Assembly: GCA_965112155.1 (NCBI GenBank)
Contig: OZ218103.1
DNA: 64,000 nucleotides
Source of the DNA: Podarcis liolepis
Taxonomy: Eukaryota
Direction: 5' to 3' (one strand)
Shown here: positions 37,936 through 50,578 of the stretch, piece by piece
Layout: each line of letters opens with the position of its first letter
Numbering within the stretch: the stretch's first letter is position 1
Translations under genes and position numbers: made by a program
Notes under the pieces: model-generated
Database searches by the model: none
The model's input: only the letters and a program-made list of their open reading frames with translations
What the model was told of the DNA's origin: nothing

Positions 37936-38388
37936 CTGGCATCAAACATGATATACAAACAGCTTCATTCACTTTAAGACCACTTAAAGATTTGTATCTT
38001 TCTCAATCACTATTTTTCAAGGTTTTAGTGTTTGGGTAATTTAGGGGGGGGCAATTAGGAGAGTTGCAGAGAGATACCCTATTATATGTGACAAAAAAGT
38101 GTTCCCCAATAAATACTTTCCTCTAACTCAAATGTGTGGGAAAGATAAAAGAGGCGGAATCTTCAAGTAAATAGAAAGATATTTATATCCTTTTGCTGCT
38201 CACTGTTAAAACAAACTTGGTTTGGGGAAAGGAAAGCGAGTTCATATTATGTAAGGGGTTCCTACTAAGTCACTGACACGTTATGAGGATTCCTGATTCT
38301 AGCTTCATAAGCAGTTTAGAGAAAAATGCTGGGAAGAAACGTATAGAACTGTATGCTTTAAGAAAAGCAGACATTCAGAATAGCTTAC

Positions 38389-38405
38389 CTGGAAAGCCTC
38401 TCATG
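38389..38405 (-). CDS. PPP1R12B: PPP1R12B 17-nt microexon (HERLS-R)
   Basis: Branch-like GCTAAT, long pyrimidine tract and TAG, then CATGAGAGGCTTTCCAG, then GTAAGC. Its phase-2 end fits the next exon exactly. Confidence 0.9.
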
Positions 38406-38692
38406 CTATAAGAAGGAGAAAAAAGAAAACACGATTAGCAACAAAACAAAGATACCAGTGTTCACAGCTACTGAAGCCCAACAATTGTGAAAGCGATTGA
38501 CAAGTGACTGCACTATAAATCCAATGGGGTGAAATTGCTGCACCTTGTCTACAGGTTCATTTGAACCAACTTAAATAAATTGAAAAACATTCAAGGCCAA
38601 GGGAAAATCCTGTTGTAACTATACATACAATCTCCATAATTTTTTTACACATAGTTTACATGAAGGGGACCTTTATTACTGTCCTACACTAA

Positions 38693-38695
<3 letters not shown>

Positions 38696-38733
<38 letters not shown>
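38696..38733. repeat. (TG)n microsatellite
   Basis: Direct reading. Confidence 0.98.
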
Positions 38734-38735
<2 letters not shown>

Positions 38736-38937
38736 TAATATATGTGATATATAAAAACTGATATTTGTAAAGTTCTGTTCTGAAGAATTGCATGTATTGT
38801 GAATTAAAGCCATTTCATGACAATGAGCTCTAATCATCCTTACATGGATAAATGCAATAAGTGGATTCTTATTCATCCAGGTAATCCACACAATAAGGGT
38901 GAGTGGAACATTCATAACGAGACATACACACTATTTT

Positions 38938-38939
<2 letters not shown>

Positions 38940-38979
<40 letters not shown>
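38940..38979. repeat. (AAT)n microsatellite
   Basis: Direct reading. Confidence 0.98.
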
Positions 38980-38980
<1 letters not shown>

Positions 38981-40534
38981 CCCCCGTCTATCTGGCTTGC
39001 TTGCAACATATCTAAAAACATAATAAAAACATAAATCCTGACAATCGTCCATAAACTGGGCTGCAATATTAAATCTTACAGAAGAAGTGTGTGCCTCAGA
39101 ACCTGTCCAAAGATGAGAAAAACAAAACTGTGTCAGAAGCAGCAACTTCTACACATGGCATCCAGGGTTCCAAAAGATTTAGTGAAAGCATTTGAAATGT
39201 TTGTGTAATGGCAGTTTTGTGACTTGACAGATGGGGGAAATATATTTATACTGTTCGGAAATGAGTTGTTGTGAGTGCAGAAGCACCCATCACAGCTATC
39301 AGACTTGCATCTGATCAAAAGGTTAGAGTTGTCAAACTAACATCTTTAGTGTCCCATTGATTATACTCTGAAAGCACTATAAATACTCAGAATACTTAGC
39401 AATGCCTATAAATAGCTTGTTTCGCTTCTTGCTTAGGTCTGGGAGTTTACATATTTATTAGTCTAATGTTAATAGAGGTTTGTGATTGATTAGGTTCCAT
39501 GTGAGAGCATGATCCAAATCTTAATTGAATAATTCCATTAGAACTCGGGAAGGGTGAACGTTGGTTTTGTCTTCTTGGTTTACAATGAAAACCATAATCT
39601 GCAATTTCAGTGAAGTCTAACTGAGAGAATATATGGACAAAAATTAGAATTACATTTCTCCTAACAGAATCTCACCGGACCTTTGTCCAATTTCTGAGCA
39701 TTCTAAGTGAAAACACTGTGGGGATAAAATGACAATATTATGTCATAAAATGACATTCTACCAGTTCAGACATGCTGTATGTAAAAGGTAAAATAAGACC
39801 AGGCAGAACCCAGGAAACAGAATGTAATAATAATAATAATAAATTTTAAGCTAAAGGATGTAATTCTAACCACACTTTCTTGGAAGCAAGTTCCACTGAA
39901 GCAGTGGGACTTGTAACTGATGCATTGTCGAGTTACCCAAGTGAATAAAAACTTAACAAGTTACAGGAAGTGATTTGACATTTCAGATGTTGCTCCTTGG
40001 AAAGCTTAGACCTTTTCCAGTACTTGGAATCCTTGGACACGCTTGGCCTATTTGTATCCCACATAAACCAAGATTGCATGATTAAGTTTATGAAAACTAA
40101 GGTTGGGACAAAAGCGAACTTTCTCTGAGCAGCTGTGTTATGAATTTATTTAGAAAGCAGAGCCAACTCTTGACATTACTGCAGCTGTTGGTAATGGCTA
40201 CATTTTAATCAAGGTTCCTAAGCAGTTCACATCACGAGGCCAGCACAACTGGCTACAAGCTTTCTTGGGAGAAAGGAAGAAATGATTGGCAAATGTTTTT
40301 TCCCCCTCTTGAGATGAGAAAAGAAACTTATTTCCTACTTCTTGAAGAAACTCACATTTAACAAATCCCAGCAAGAGCAACTGATATGAATACCACCCTA
40401 TATAAACAACATGTATGGAGCTCAATTTCTCTCTGTCCCTTGAATAAACTTAGGTAAAATGTACTACATAAATAGACATATGTGCAAACTACACTTTATG
40501 TGAATTTTAGAAATTAGAATTACATCATAAAGAC

Positions 40535-40883
40535 CAGGGGTCAGCAACATGCAGTCCATGGGCTGGATGCGGCCCACAAAGACAATTTTACTGGCCCACA
40601 AACCACCTCCAAACCGAGCCACCCGCTCAGTGAGTCCCCGGTGTGCTGCACTAAACCGGCGTAGAGGGGCGCAGGGACACACCGAGCGGCGCCAAAAATC
40701 GCATCTGTGCACGCACAGATTCCGGAAATCATTTCCAGCGTCTGGGCATGCACAGAAGTGATTTCCGGGGTACTGCGGACATGTGCAGATGCGATTTCCA
40801 GCGTCGCACTGTGCCAGTCCAGCCCACGGACGATCTCCACTGGAGTGACCCACCCCATGGCTGGTAAGCCTTGCTGAACCCTG
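40535..40883. mobile_element. Non-autonomous hAT element (MITE), 349 bp
   Basis: TIR CAGGGGTCAGCAA...TTGCTGAACCCTG, perfect 8-bp TSD ATAAAGAC, subterminal GGCCCAC motifs. Confidence 0.92.
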
Positions 40884-42222
40884 ATAAAGACAATAATCTC
40901 CTATGCTTGGGTTTGTTTTTTAAGTGGAGGCAGGGGCACCTCCACTGTTCTTTCCCCCCTGCAAGATAGGTTATTGATGCTCTCCATCCCTGCCCCCCAA
41001 TTCATGTATGCCCATGAAATACCTTGAATATGGGCATCCAATTTCTGTTTCTTGCCCTTCACCTCAATCACTCCTCCCCCTTTGCCTATTCTGGGCACAT
41101 ACATAAGTCTTTCTTCACTTGTGCATGCACTCCTTTACCAAAAGGCCCAAAGAAATCCCAAGAAGCATGCAAGAGTAAAAAAACCCAAAGCCTTGGGTTA
41201 TCATGTTTCACAATGGACAAAATGGAGACATGAGCTCCTCCTAGCTGGGGTGTTGTAATTCAAAGCAGGCAGCAATCAGTAGTTATTGGCGTTGCTGTAA
41301 ATGAAAAGGATTGTGCTCAGGTGAGGAGCAAATGCACACAGCCCTGTGACAGTAGAAGCCACCCACCACACACATGATAAATCACCCATTAACAAATCTG
41401 CTGACAGGATTCCACACCAGCAATGATTGCATATGTTATACTTGCCAGATTTCTTACAGAATGGATAAATTTGGATTAAATGACTAAAGATGAAGAGATG
41501 GAATTTTGATGACACTGATGTCATATGAATGGTGCAAAGAAACAAAAAGCCCCAATGTGCATGTGTGAGTTTCAGAATTAATTCTCATGTGGAAATACCC
41601 TGAGAGAAAACTTCATAAAATTGGGCTTAGCTGACCTAACTGTGAACCTGTAGCAGCAGATAGTAAAATAAACAGAAAGGGGCAAATAAGTTGCTGCATA
41701 GCTTTTTCTTTTACCATACATACTTCATTTCTGTTTTTAATGTAGAAGGACGGGGTTAGGTATTGGCAATTATTCTGTGAATTTGGACAACAAAAGGATT
41801 GTAAAGAGCCAGGAAAAGCATAGAATTTTGATTTTAGATATATGCAGGATTATGGAACATTAGAGTCCTACTTTTAAACTCAAAAGGTTCTACAGATGGC
41901 ATAAGTGTAATTAAAACCATGCTCCTTTTACAGCAATGCAATTTTAAAAGACTGAGGCATGAACAGCTGAAGTCTCCTGCCAAAAGAGAAACTGGCTTAA
42001 TTGGCTGCAAATGCTTTCTTCTGTGGCCAACATCTGACCCCAAAAGGAAGGAAAGGGGAGGGAAAGTATGATATTTACATGTTTTGCAAACAAAAATGTT
42101 TCCAACATTTATGCTCCTCTCCAACTGGCAGAGCTAACAGAAAACAAGACTTGCTTAGACTGCATAGCAAAATCTAGTTTGCATTTGTGTATTAATTACT
42201 GCCCTTATATGAGTGAATGAAG

Positions 42223-42226
<4 letters not shown>

Positions 42227-42286
<60 letters not shown>
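42227..42286. repeat. (TA)n microsatellite
   Basis: Direct reading. Confidence 0.98.
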
Positions 42287-42291
<5 letters not shown>

Positions 42292-42856
42292 CACAAAAAC
42301 AATGGCTTGATGGTTGACTGAACTCCCCTGCCCCCCCCCCCCCGGCAAATGGTTTTTTCCCTCCAAGGTTTTCATGCTTATCTTGTCCTGTTCACAGTCC
42401 TTTCTGGAAACTGCTTCAGCACCATTCATTAAGTTTTATTTCCTGCAAACTACATATTTCCAGCATATCAGGGATCATGTAGCTAACACGACAGCACCAT
42501 GGTGTCACACAGCAAGGTTAAGCTGTGTAGCAATGTCACTGGGGAAAGCAACATTGTTTTAGCTCTGAATGGAAAGGACAAGAGAAAACACATTGGCCCA
42601 CTTCTGAACAAGTGAAATAATGCTTCCTGTTGTGCCCCACTGTAGTGGCAAGCAAAGAAACTATTGGTGGACTGCAGAAAACCAAGCAACCCCATTGGAC
42701 TAAGGAGACAGGTGATCTGGAGCCTACACCTATGCACCAATCACTTATTGCCCAGGTAGCTAAATTCTGGCCCTCCAGATGTTGCTGAACCCCAGTTTCT
42801 ATCAATCCCAGCTAGTATGGTCAGTGGTCTGGGATGATAGGAGTTCAGTATATATA

Positions 42857-43108
42857 CCGTATTTTTCACCCTATAGGACGCACTTTCCCCCCTCCAAAAA
42901 TGAAGGGGAAATGTGTGTGCGTCCTATGGGGCGAATGCAGGCTTTCGTTGAAGCCTGGAGAGTGAGAGGGGTCGGTGCGCACCGACCCCTCTCGCTCTCC
43001 AGCCTTCAGGAAGCTATCCGCAAGCCTTGGGAGCCCGCGGGAGTTTGCAGCCCGAAACCCGGGGAGCGCAGCGGAGTGCGCCCCGGGCTTCGGGCAGCTC
43101 TCCGCAAG
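42857..43108. mobile_element. Tc1/mariner-superfamily MITE, left part only
   Basis: TA then CCGTATTTTTCACCCTATAGG. The body matches 58072-58538. Confidence 0.8.
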
Positions 43109-46100
43109 TGAAACAAACCCAAGTAACACTAATGAGAAGATGGAACACTGGTTGAAAAATACATTCCAATGGACAGAACAGAAAAAAACCTAAGCTATTT
43201 TCTCAACTGCTGTCGGAAGAATGATAACATTCTGCACCTGAGGAGATATTCTAGTGCTTCTTGTACTTTCTTGAGCTTTTCTAGAAAATGGTATCATAAC
43301 TGATGTAGTTTACATTATACTACATGTATTTTTAGGTCAATAAGGTACCATTGTTATATTCCGAGTCTGTTCACCCAGTTAACAGCCACAGAATGAGAAT
43401 GGGGATACACATTATATTGGAAGCAATCTAGTGAGGATTGATCGCCTGTCATCTGGACAGGTATCTTATTTAAGCTGCCGCTCTTTATTCAGTAAGCAAT
43501 AGGTGAACACTAAGCCTGCTTCTCTGCTCCTGGACCAGAAAATCTATTTTGTCGCACTGAGATTTCACTGCTTACACATGAACTTTGGCAACCCAGAGAA
43601 CACTGGCTCTGTTGCTTCATTGATGGCTTAGATCCTTAGGGTGATCCCTCTTCTCTGCCCTCAGAACAATTTTACACCCTTTTGACTCACTGAAAAGTTA
43701 CCAAAGGTGGTCTTTTGGAAGGTACAAAAATACTTGCCAACTTGGTTCATGGTTTCAACCGAGCTGTCTTCTTCCATTTCTCACAGAAAAGTTTTAAGTC
43801 ATGTTGAAAAGTAACTTAATGACTCACTTCAAGCAACTATTTTCAGATAACTTCCTGAAGCTCCAAAACAAAAGCAAATGTATTTTCAGGCCTGTCCTCC
43901 CCTCCTGCTTATGTGTGTAACATCCACTGATGTGCCACGTGCCTATAACCCAACAAGCTTATTCTTGACCAAGTAGCTGAGCCACCTCTTATAAAATTAT
44001 CATGTTCAAAACTGGCTGAAACATAGAGCAGTTTTTCTACAATAGACTTTCATCCCAGCTCAAAACTTAACCAACTGCAGCTAAGATGAGGTGGAAACTT
44101 TAGGGAAGGATGGTCTTTGTCCATAAAAGCCATGTCATTATAGTAATCTCCCAGACCATGAATTGTCTTGTTTTAGGCAAGAAGAATGCTATTTTACTTA
44201 AGACTGATTTATAGGCTATGAATTGTATTCACAAAAGCTGAAAAGAAGAGTTTAAATATGCATGAATGGAGAAGATTTTTATTTGATGCCAATGTTAAAA
44301 AACAGGTGGCATAACTTGGCATTAAATCTTCATGGAACTTTTCTGTCTCTCTGCAGCGGAAAGGGTTACAGGATGCAACTGTACTCTACTATTAGTACAA
44401 TAAGGACTGCATACCTTGTTCCATGAACAATTACTGCACTCCCTGTTCTCTTTTGAACTCCATCTTCTGTTCTCTTTTAAACTCCATCTTTGAAGGGTAA
44501 AAACTTAACTACTATTTACTAGTCTGAGCACAGTGATGCCCATTCTGACAAAGATTACTGGGCACGACAAGCAGTCATTTTATGTTAGCTGTGCTGTGAA
44601 AAACTGGAGATTTGACAGAGGACTTAGAAGCCAAGGTACTGGACAGCCAAGGTCACCCAATGTATTTCTCAAACCCAGCCAGTGTTCTCAGTTGTTAGCA
44701 CAAGGATCTCCAATCCTATCCATGTGATTAATAACCCAGGGTAACTGAGCAACCTTTGAATAACCCCAATATGTCTAACACAAAGCATGATTTTTCAGGA
44801 GCTATAAATCAAGGGATTTAACAGAAAAATCCCTGGTTGTTTTGGTTTGGTTTTGCTAGCACATAAAGGATTAGTTGTTATGAATGGCAGTTTCACCATC
44901 TAGTTGAAGAGCTTATGGTATTCACAACAGAAACAGAACTTGTTTAATTTGAAGCAAGTTTTGTAATTCTAACTGGCATCTACATCTGACTAGCACATGG
45001 TTCCAATACAGTACTCAAATAGGACTGAAACACTGTAGTATTAAAAGGCTTGATTATTTCTGTCTTTTGCCTCAGTTTCCCCAGCTGCCTCTTCAAGGTC
45101 TGTGCAGCTGCACTTCATTAGCATCAAACCTAAAGATAGACAACGCAACACACAATATCAAGATGAACTTTATTTAACTTCAGAAAAGGTCAGATTTCAG
45201 AAACCTACCTACTTGACCACTTTAAAGAAAAATGCTGTTGAGCAAACATTCCACCCGACAATAAAATCTAAAGCTCTCCAGAAAGACAGTATCAAGAGGA
45301 AATAAAATGCAGGCATTCACAGAAGATGCAGGGCCTCTCTTCAGTTCATCATGAGAAGGGTTATAAGGCTGTACCTTCTTTTATCCCACCCACTGGAATA
45401 TACCTTTTTATTACAGAAGAATGAAATACACTTATATTTCCTGGAAGGTGGTTCAAATCTAATGAGGATGGCCACTATACTGCTGTAGTGCAACATTTTA
45501 GTCATTGTATGCTCTCTCACGTTGGTTCTTTGGGGACACAAGTTCAAAAGCCATTCTCTGCCAGGCTGGGAGTCTAGGTTCATTGATTTCAATAAGTCTA
45601 CTATGAATATACCACATTTTAAGTAAGTGCCCACAGCTCAGAGCCAAGATAGAGCCATGTACATCATGAGAACCAGGCCCTCTGCTATACAGTGCTGGCA
45701 GCTGGAAATTGCCTCTTGAACTAAAGGCAGATTGCTGTTGACACTAGAGAAGCATTCCTTCAAGTCTGGTTCAATTTGCCATGAGATGCACAGAAAAAGG
45801 AAGTGTCAGTCAATGGAGCCTAGTTTCCCTATGCACTCAGCACCTATTTGGTTAGTCTTTATTACTTCTTTATGACACAAAAAAATGAAAAACAAAAAAG
45901 GGATAACTGATGTGTAAAAGCACTTCAAACAAAACTCAGCTTTACAACTGGCAGTCCTAAAAGCTGGCTATTCATTAATGCTTCTTACTGAGCTTCAGGC
46001 CTCCAGCAGTGTAGGATACTGGAAATGTGTGCCAGATTTATTTAGTGGCTGTCTTGAATGTTAACAGTTGTTCTGTAGCTCAGTGCAGAACTTTGATGTT

Positions 46101-46832
46101 AAGTCTCTGAAGGTCCAGGTCTGGCTTATGTCAAGTCAATTATAGTTGTAGAATTGTTCCCTTAAAATGACTTTAAAGGGGGGGGGACCCATAAGTAAAA
46201 ATGAGTTCTGCATTATCTATTACTAAGAACTGAATGGATGGGCCATACTAGTAGAAAAGGAATTGTCTTGGAGCCATGTTGCACAGGGCAAAGAGCAACA
46301 AAGGAAACAAAGTCTTCAATGCAATGTTATTTAATAAAAATAGTTTTGGTAGAATGTCAGGGTATACAATTAATTAATCAAAATCTGAAATACCTTATTT
46401 GATAACTGGCCATTTTGTTGGTGAACAGGGTTTTAACTTACTTAGGTATTTTGGATATTTCTCAAATGATTATATTGAATCTGAATAGGTTCATGAAGGA
46501 GGTTTTCAGTGATTTGGAACAATGGGCATCACAATGGGGTAAGATTAATATGCTTAAGATTAATATATTGTCATGAATAATATATACAGATGTGCAATAT
46601 CCTGTCCTTTTACAAAAGCCTGACAGTCAGATTTTCAAAATACCTTGTTGTTCCCATTATAAGTATTAAAACATTAGTATTTCATCCCACTAGATAGTTA
46701 TCTCTACATCTACATGTAGATCTACATCTAAGATTTGAATCTGGGTATTCTAGTGCCAAAATCCTATCCAAATATTTTGAACAGCTGGGACCCTATAATC
46801 CAGATGGAGAAAACTTGTTGCCCTCATAATGT

Positions 46833-46988
46833 TCATAGAATCACAGAATCATAGAACTGTAGACTTGAAAGGGACCCTGAGGATCATCTAGTCCAACCCC
46901 CTGCAATGCAGGGATATGTAGCTGTCCCATACAGGGATTGAGCCTGCAACCTTAGCATTATCAGCACCACGCTCTAACTGAGCTATCC
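46833..46988 (-). mobile_element. tRNA-head / CR1-tail SINE (Squam2-like)
   Basis: Minus strand reads GGATAGCTCAGTTAGAGCGTGGTGCTGATAA...GGTTGGACTAGATGATCC...(TTCTATGA)n. Confidence 0.8.
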
Positions 46989-49900
46989 AGGCAGGCAGGC
47001 AGGATGACTCCAGTTCCTATCAGGCTCAGACAGCATGGTCAATGATCAGGGATGACAGAAGATAAAAGTCCAACAACATCCAAGGGCCACAGGATTCCTA
47101 TGGCTACACCTGAACATATTTAATATAGATGTAAACCTCAGGTGGATACCACCTGAAAGGCTCGTATCAACTTAAATTCAATGTAAGATTCATCTACCGA
47201 TGGCCACTGTACAGTATCTGAAATGTGAATAATAGTAGTAGTATTAATATTAGTTGTATTTTAGAATTATTAACCTATTTAGTACAAAGATAAGCTGCTC
47301 AAATAAGCCATTTTCAGCGCTCTATACATGCACCAAATTTCTGCCTTCTAACCAGTCCCTCAAACTGTTTTTTAAATTTTAAAGTTCAAATAGGAGGCAT
47401 GGGAATCAGTAGACGCAAACAGAGGAGACACAGAGAGGAGGCAAAAACATGCATATGCAATGGTATCATTTCCTCTCTAAAATATTTTCCTTTAGAAGCA
47501 TTTTTGGATTGTGGAATATTTAGAGACACACTTCTGCTTTTGCAGTGGGGCAACCTTCTGCAAGGGAAACTTAAAAGAGGATGTCATTGTTCACCCCTCT
47601 GCATCCTTACAATAGTGTTTCAGGGTTTAAAAAGTACAGTAAGATTTTACTTTTACTTTTGCAGGGAGGCAACTAAGAACAAATTTGGCACCTTGGTAGT
47701 TAACTAAGTTAACAATCTGATCTCCCACTGCCATGGCATATCATTTGTGAGAAAACAACTTTAATCCTGTTGATGCAATTTGTCAATTAGAGTTTTATTC
47801 TCTTCCTAATAATGTATTATATGAGTACACGTATAAGATAATGAATTCAAGCATTCATGCCCACTCTGTATGGTCAAACTATCCTTTTTGCTAGCTTCTC
47901 TTCCCAACCAACTGTCACCTCCCTACAATTCAGATCTTCAAGGCTCATGATTTAATATCTAGTCTTTCAATCATGGAGTGGAAAATGGAACTAAATGCCC
48001 TGGAGTCCATTATGCTGCTGAAAGAAAATACTATACATACACCAGCTCTACATAGTCAGAAAAAGCAGGTGCACTGCAAAGAAACACTAGCAGAGCAACG
48101 TGTCAAGATTCATTTGAAGCAAACAAGTCAAACCACGGGGAAAGACCAGCAAAAGGAAAATCAGCGTGACGGCTCAATTAGCTCTAGAAGAACCTTCCTA
48201 CACATCTCCTAATACGGCAGTCAGAGCATGAGGAAAACCTGTTTTTCCCTTTCTGTATACTTTACCCTGCTGCATGAACAGCAATAACTTCATGCAAACG
48301 CCAACTGTCTGAGAGACTGACTCACATGCAGAGAGCTAAGAAGAATGCTGGAAGTTGTACAAAGACTGAATCACCTTAGAATATACATGCAATTGATTTC
48401 TATTACACGTTTATTTTGTGAAGATGCAAAGTTATCTCAACGGGCATACTAATTACCTAAGTGAACAAGCTTCGGTCCCACATACAAAAAAAAAAAGCCT
48501 TTAATGGGTCTTGAGGCATACTTTTTCGAAATGAACTAGTGCTTGTATAAGACAAAACTAGTGAAAGGTGTGTAGGTGATGGAAGCCTGATTAACTTGTT
48601 TACTGTTTCAGTACAACAAGAGTTCTCCAGAGTATGAAGGAGTGATTTAATTGCTTAACAATAGATCCTAATAAGCAGTTTAATTGGCAGATGAGGAAAA
48701 TTGCCCAATTAAGCAATCAAGTGTACAGAAAGGAGCCTCTCTCTCTATATGGCGCCTTTACATGCCTGTCACCCAGTGTTTCTCAAACTGGGATTGCAGA
48801 AAAGGGATGAGTGAGGTCACAAATCCCTTCCCGACACCTAAAGAGCCACAAAGAAGAACAAAAGTGAGAGTGGGGAAGCTGGATGAGAGATGTGAAGCAG
48901 AGCAAAAGTGGGTTCAAGTGAAGAAGTAGTGCAAGAGATGGGAAAGCTAAGCAGGTATCCCCGTGGATGATAAATAAAATAGAAGATCTTTGCTTAGCCA
49001 TTAATACATGAGCCCCTGACATAAGGAATGGCACCAGGAAAGGTGCATTAGAACCTTAAACAAAATCTTTAAAGTTGCCATTGACCCCACAGTTTCTCAG
49101 GAAGTTAATCTTTAACCAAAATTACGGTACCTTAAAATGTTCTTTGTGACTCCAAATGCATGAAAATTACTTATACATTTTTCTCAAAATGATCCACTTA
49201 CACATCAAGTATTAAGACACACATCGTAAAATAGGTATTTAGCATTCTGTTTAGTTACAGCTAAGATGTACTGCAGAGCTGTTACTAAATTTAAATATGT
49301 AGCTACTTCCCAGTTTTCTTCTTTGGCAGCACAGTAAGTTACAATCATAAGAGCATCTAACAGGCTTTTATGTTGTGGTAAATACCAAGATAATTTTCAG
49401 TGTACCAGATCACAATTAATTGTCTGCCACTAATAATGCAGACTCACTAAAGTCAGCTTGCTTTAAAATCAAAGTGAAATCTAAACAAGGAATAGAGACA
49501 AGGGGAAATTCACCAGTTTCTCTGGCTCATTATTCAGGTAGCAAATGAATTCCCATAAATGCTAACCCAGTTCCCTATACTTTGCTGACTGCTGATATAT
49601 AAAGAAATGTCTGGAATTTTTGATAGCACATATTCATTGCAGCTGCTTTAGATTATTATATCATCTTCCTACTATTTCTCACCTACTATACGATACAGTA
49701 GTGTTAATATCAGACTTGCATTTGTATGAAGTCTCTGCTGGTCATGGCAACACAAGTATGAAATGTTTCTATGTGCCATTAAGTAATCGGAAATGGCAAG
49801 AATGTTCAAATTGACTCATGCTACTTTTTTATTTTAAAAAAAGAAATAAGAGTGATTCAGGAAAACTCACAAAGAATTTGTGTTCAGAAGATTTTAATTC

Positions 49901-50476
49901 TTTCTTACAAACAGGAACTCTTGACACTTAAAATAATGCCAGCTAGAACTATGGATATCTCAACTTCATCAGTATCTCTCACAAAAAGGCTATTTTCTGG
50001 ACCTTTACTGGACAAGTACTACATGTCATAATATTCCATCAGCCCTTTACAGATAAGACAGATGTCCAAACTTCAAAATGCTAGCAAATATTGTGAAATA
50101 TAAGAAGCACACAGCAGTTTAACAAGCTGTTCAGGTTTTGCCTCATTTTCATTTCAAAGCCTATGCCCTCCTAGTAAAAATATTCAGCAAATGCAGTTCC
50201 TGTTGACTGTGAAGAGATAGGAAGCAAATTCAAGTGATTTACTTATAATCCCTGAATCAGTAACTATAGCAAGATGAGAAGACCCTGCATAACTATACTG
50301 TTGAAGGCTCCTTCTACAGAAAAGCTTTGCCAAGGCTTTATTTCACACGGACACCTTCAGAAGAGAAACGAATCACACAGAAAGACTCAAGTGGGGAAAG
50401 GCACAAGGAATCGGTGAACATAATCAGCCCTTAGCAAGTTACAATATAACACAGAAATGAAAAGCTCTTTGCTTAC

Positions 50477-50578
50477 TCTGAGTGTCTTTGCAATCGGGGA
50501 AGGAGACGATGGGGGAGAATCAGACTGAGACTTTCTGTTTCGAGTAAACTCCTTACTCCTGGTATACAAGGACGACAT
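50477..50578 (-). CDS. PPP1R12B: Start-codon exon of the small subunit smM20/M21 of myosin phosphatase ([34 protein letters not shown])
   Basis: ACCATG start, AGA|GTAAGC donor in phase 0 onto the HERLSR microexon. The sequence is recognisable as the smooth-muscle M20/M21 N-terminus. The exon probably begins at the acceptor TTCTTGCTTTAG (50678). Confidence 0.88.
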
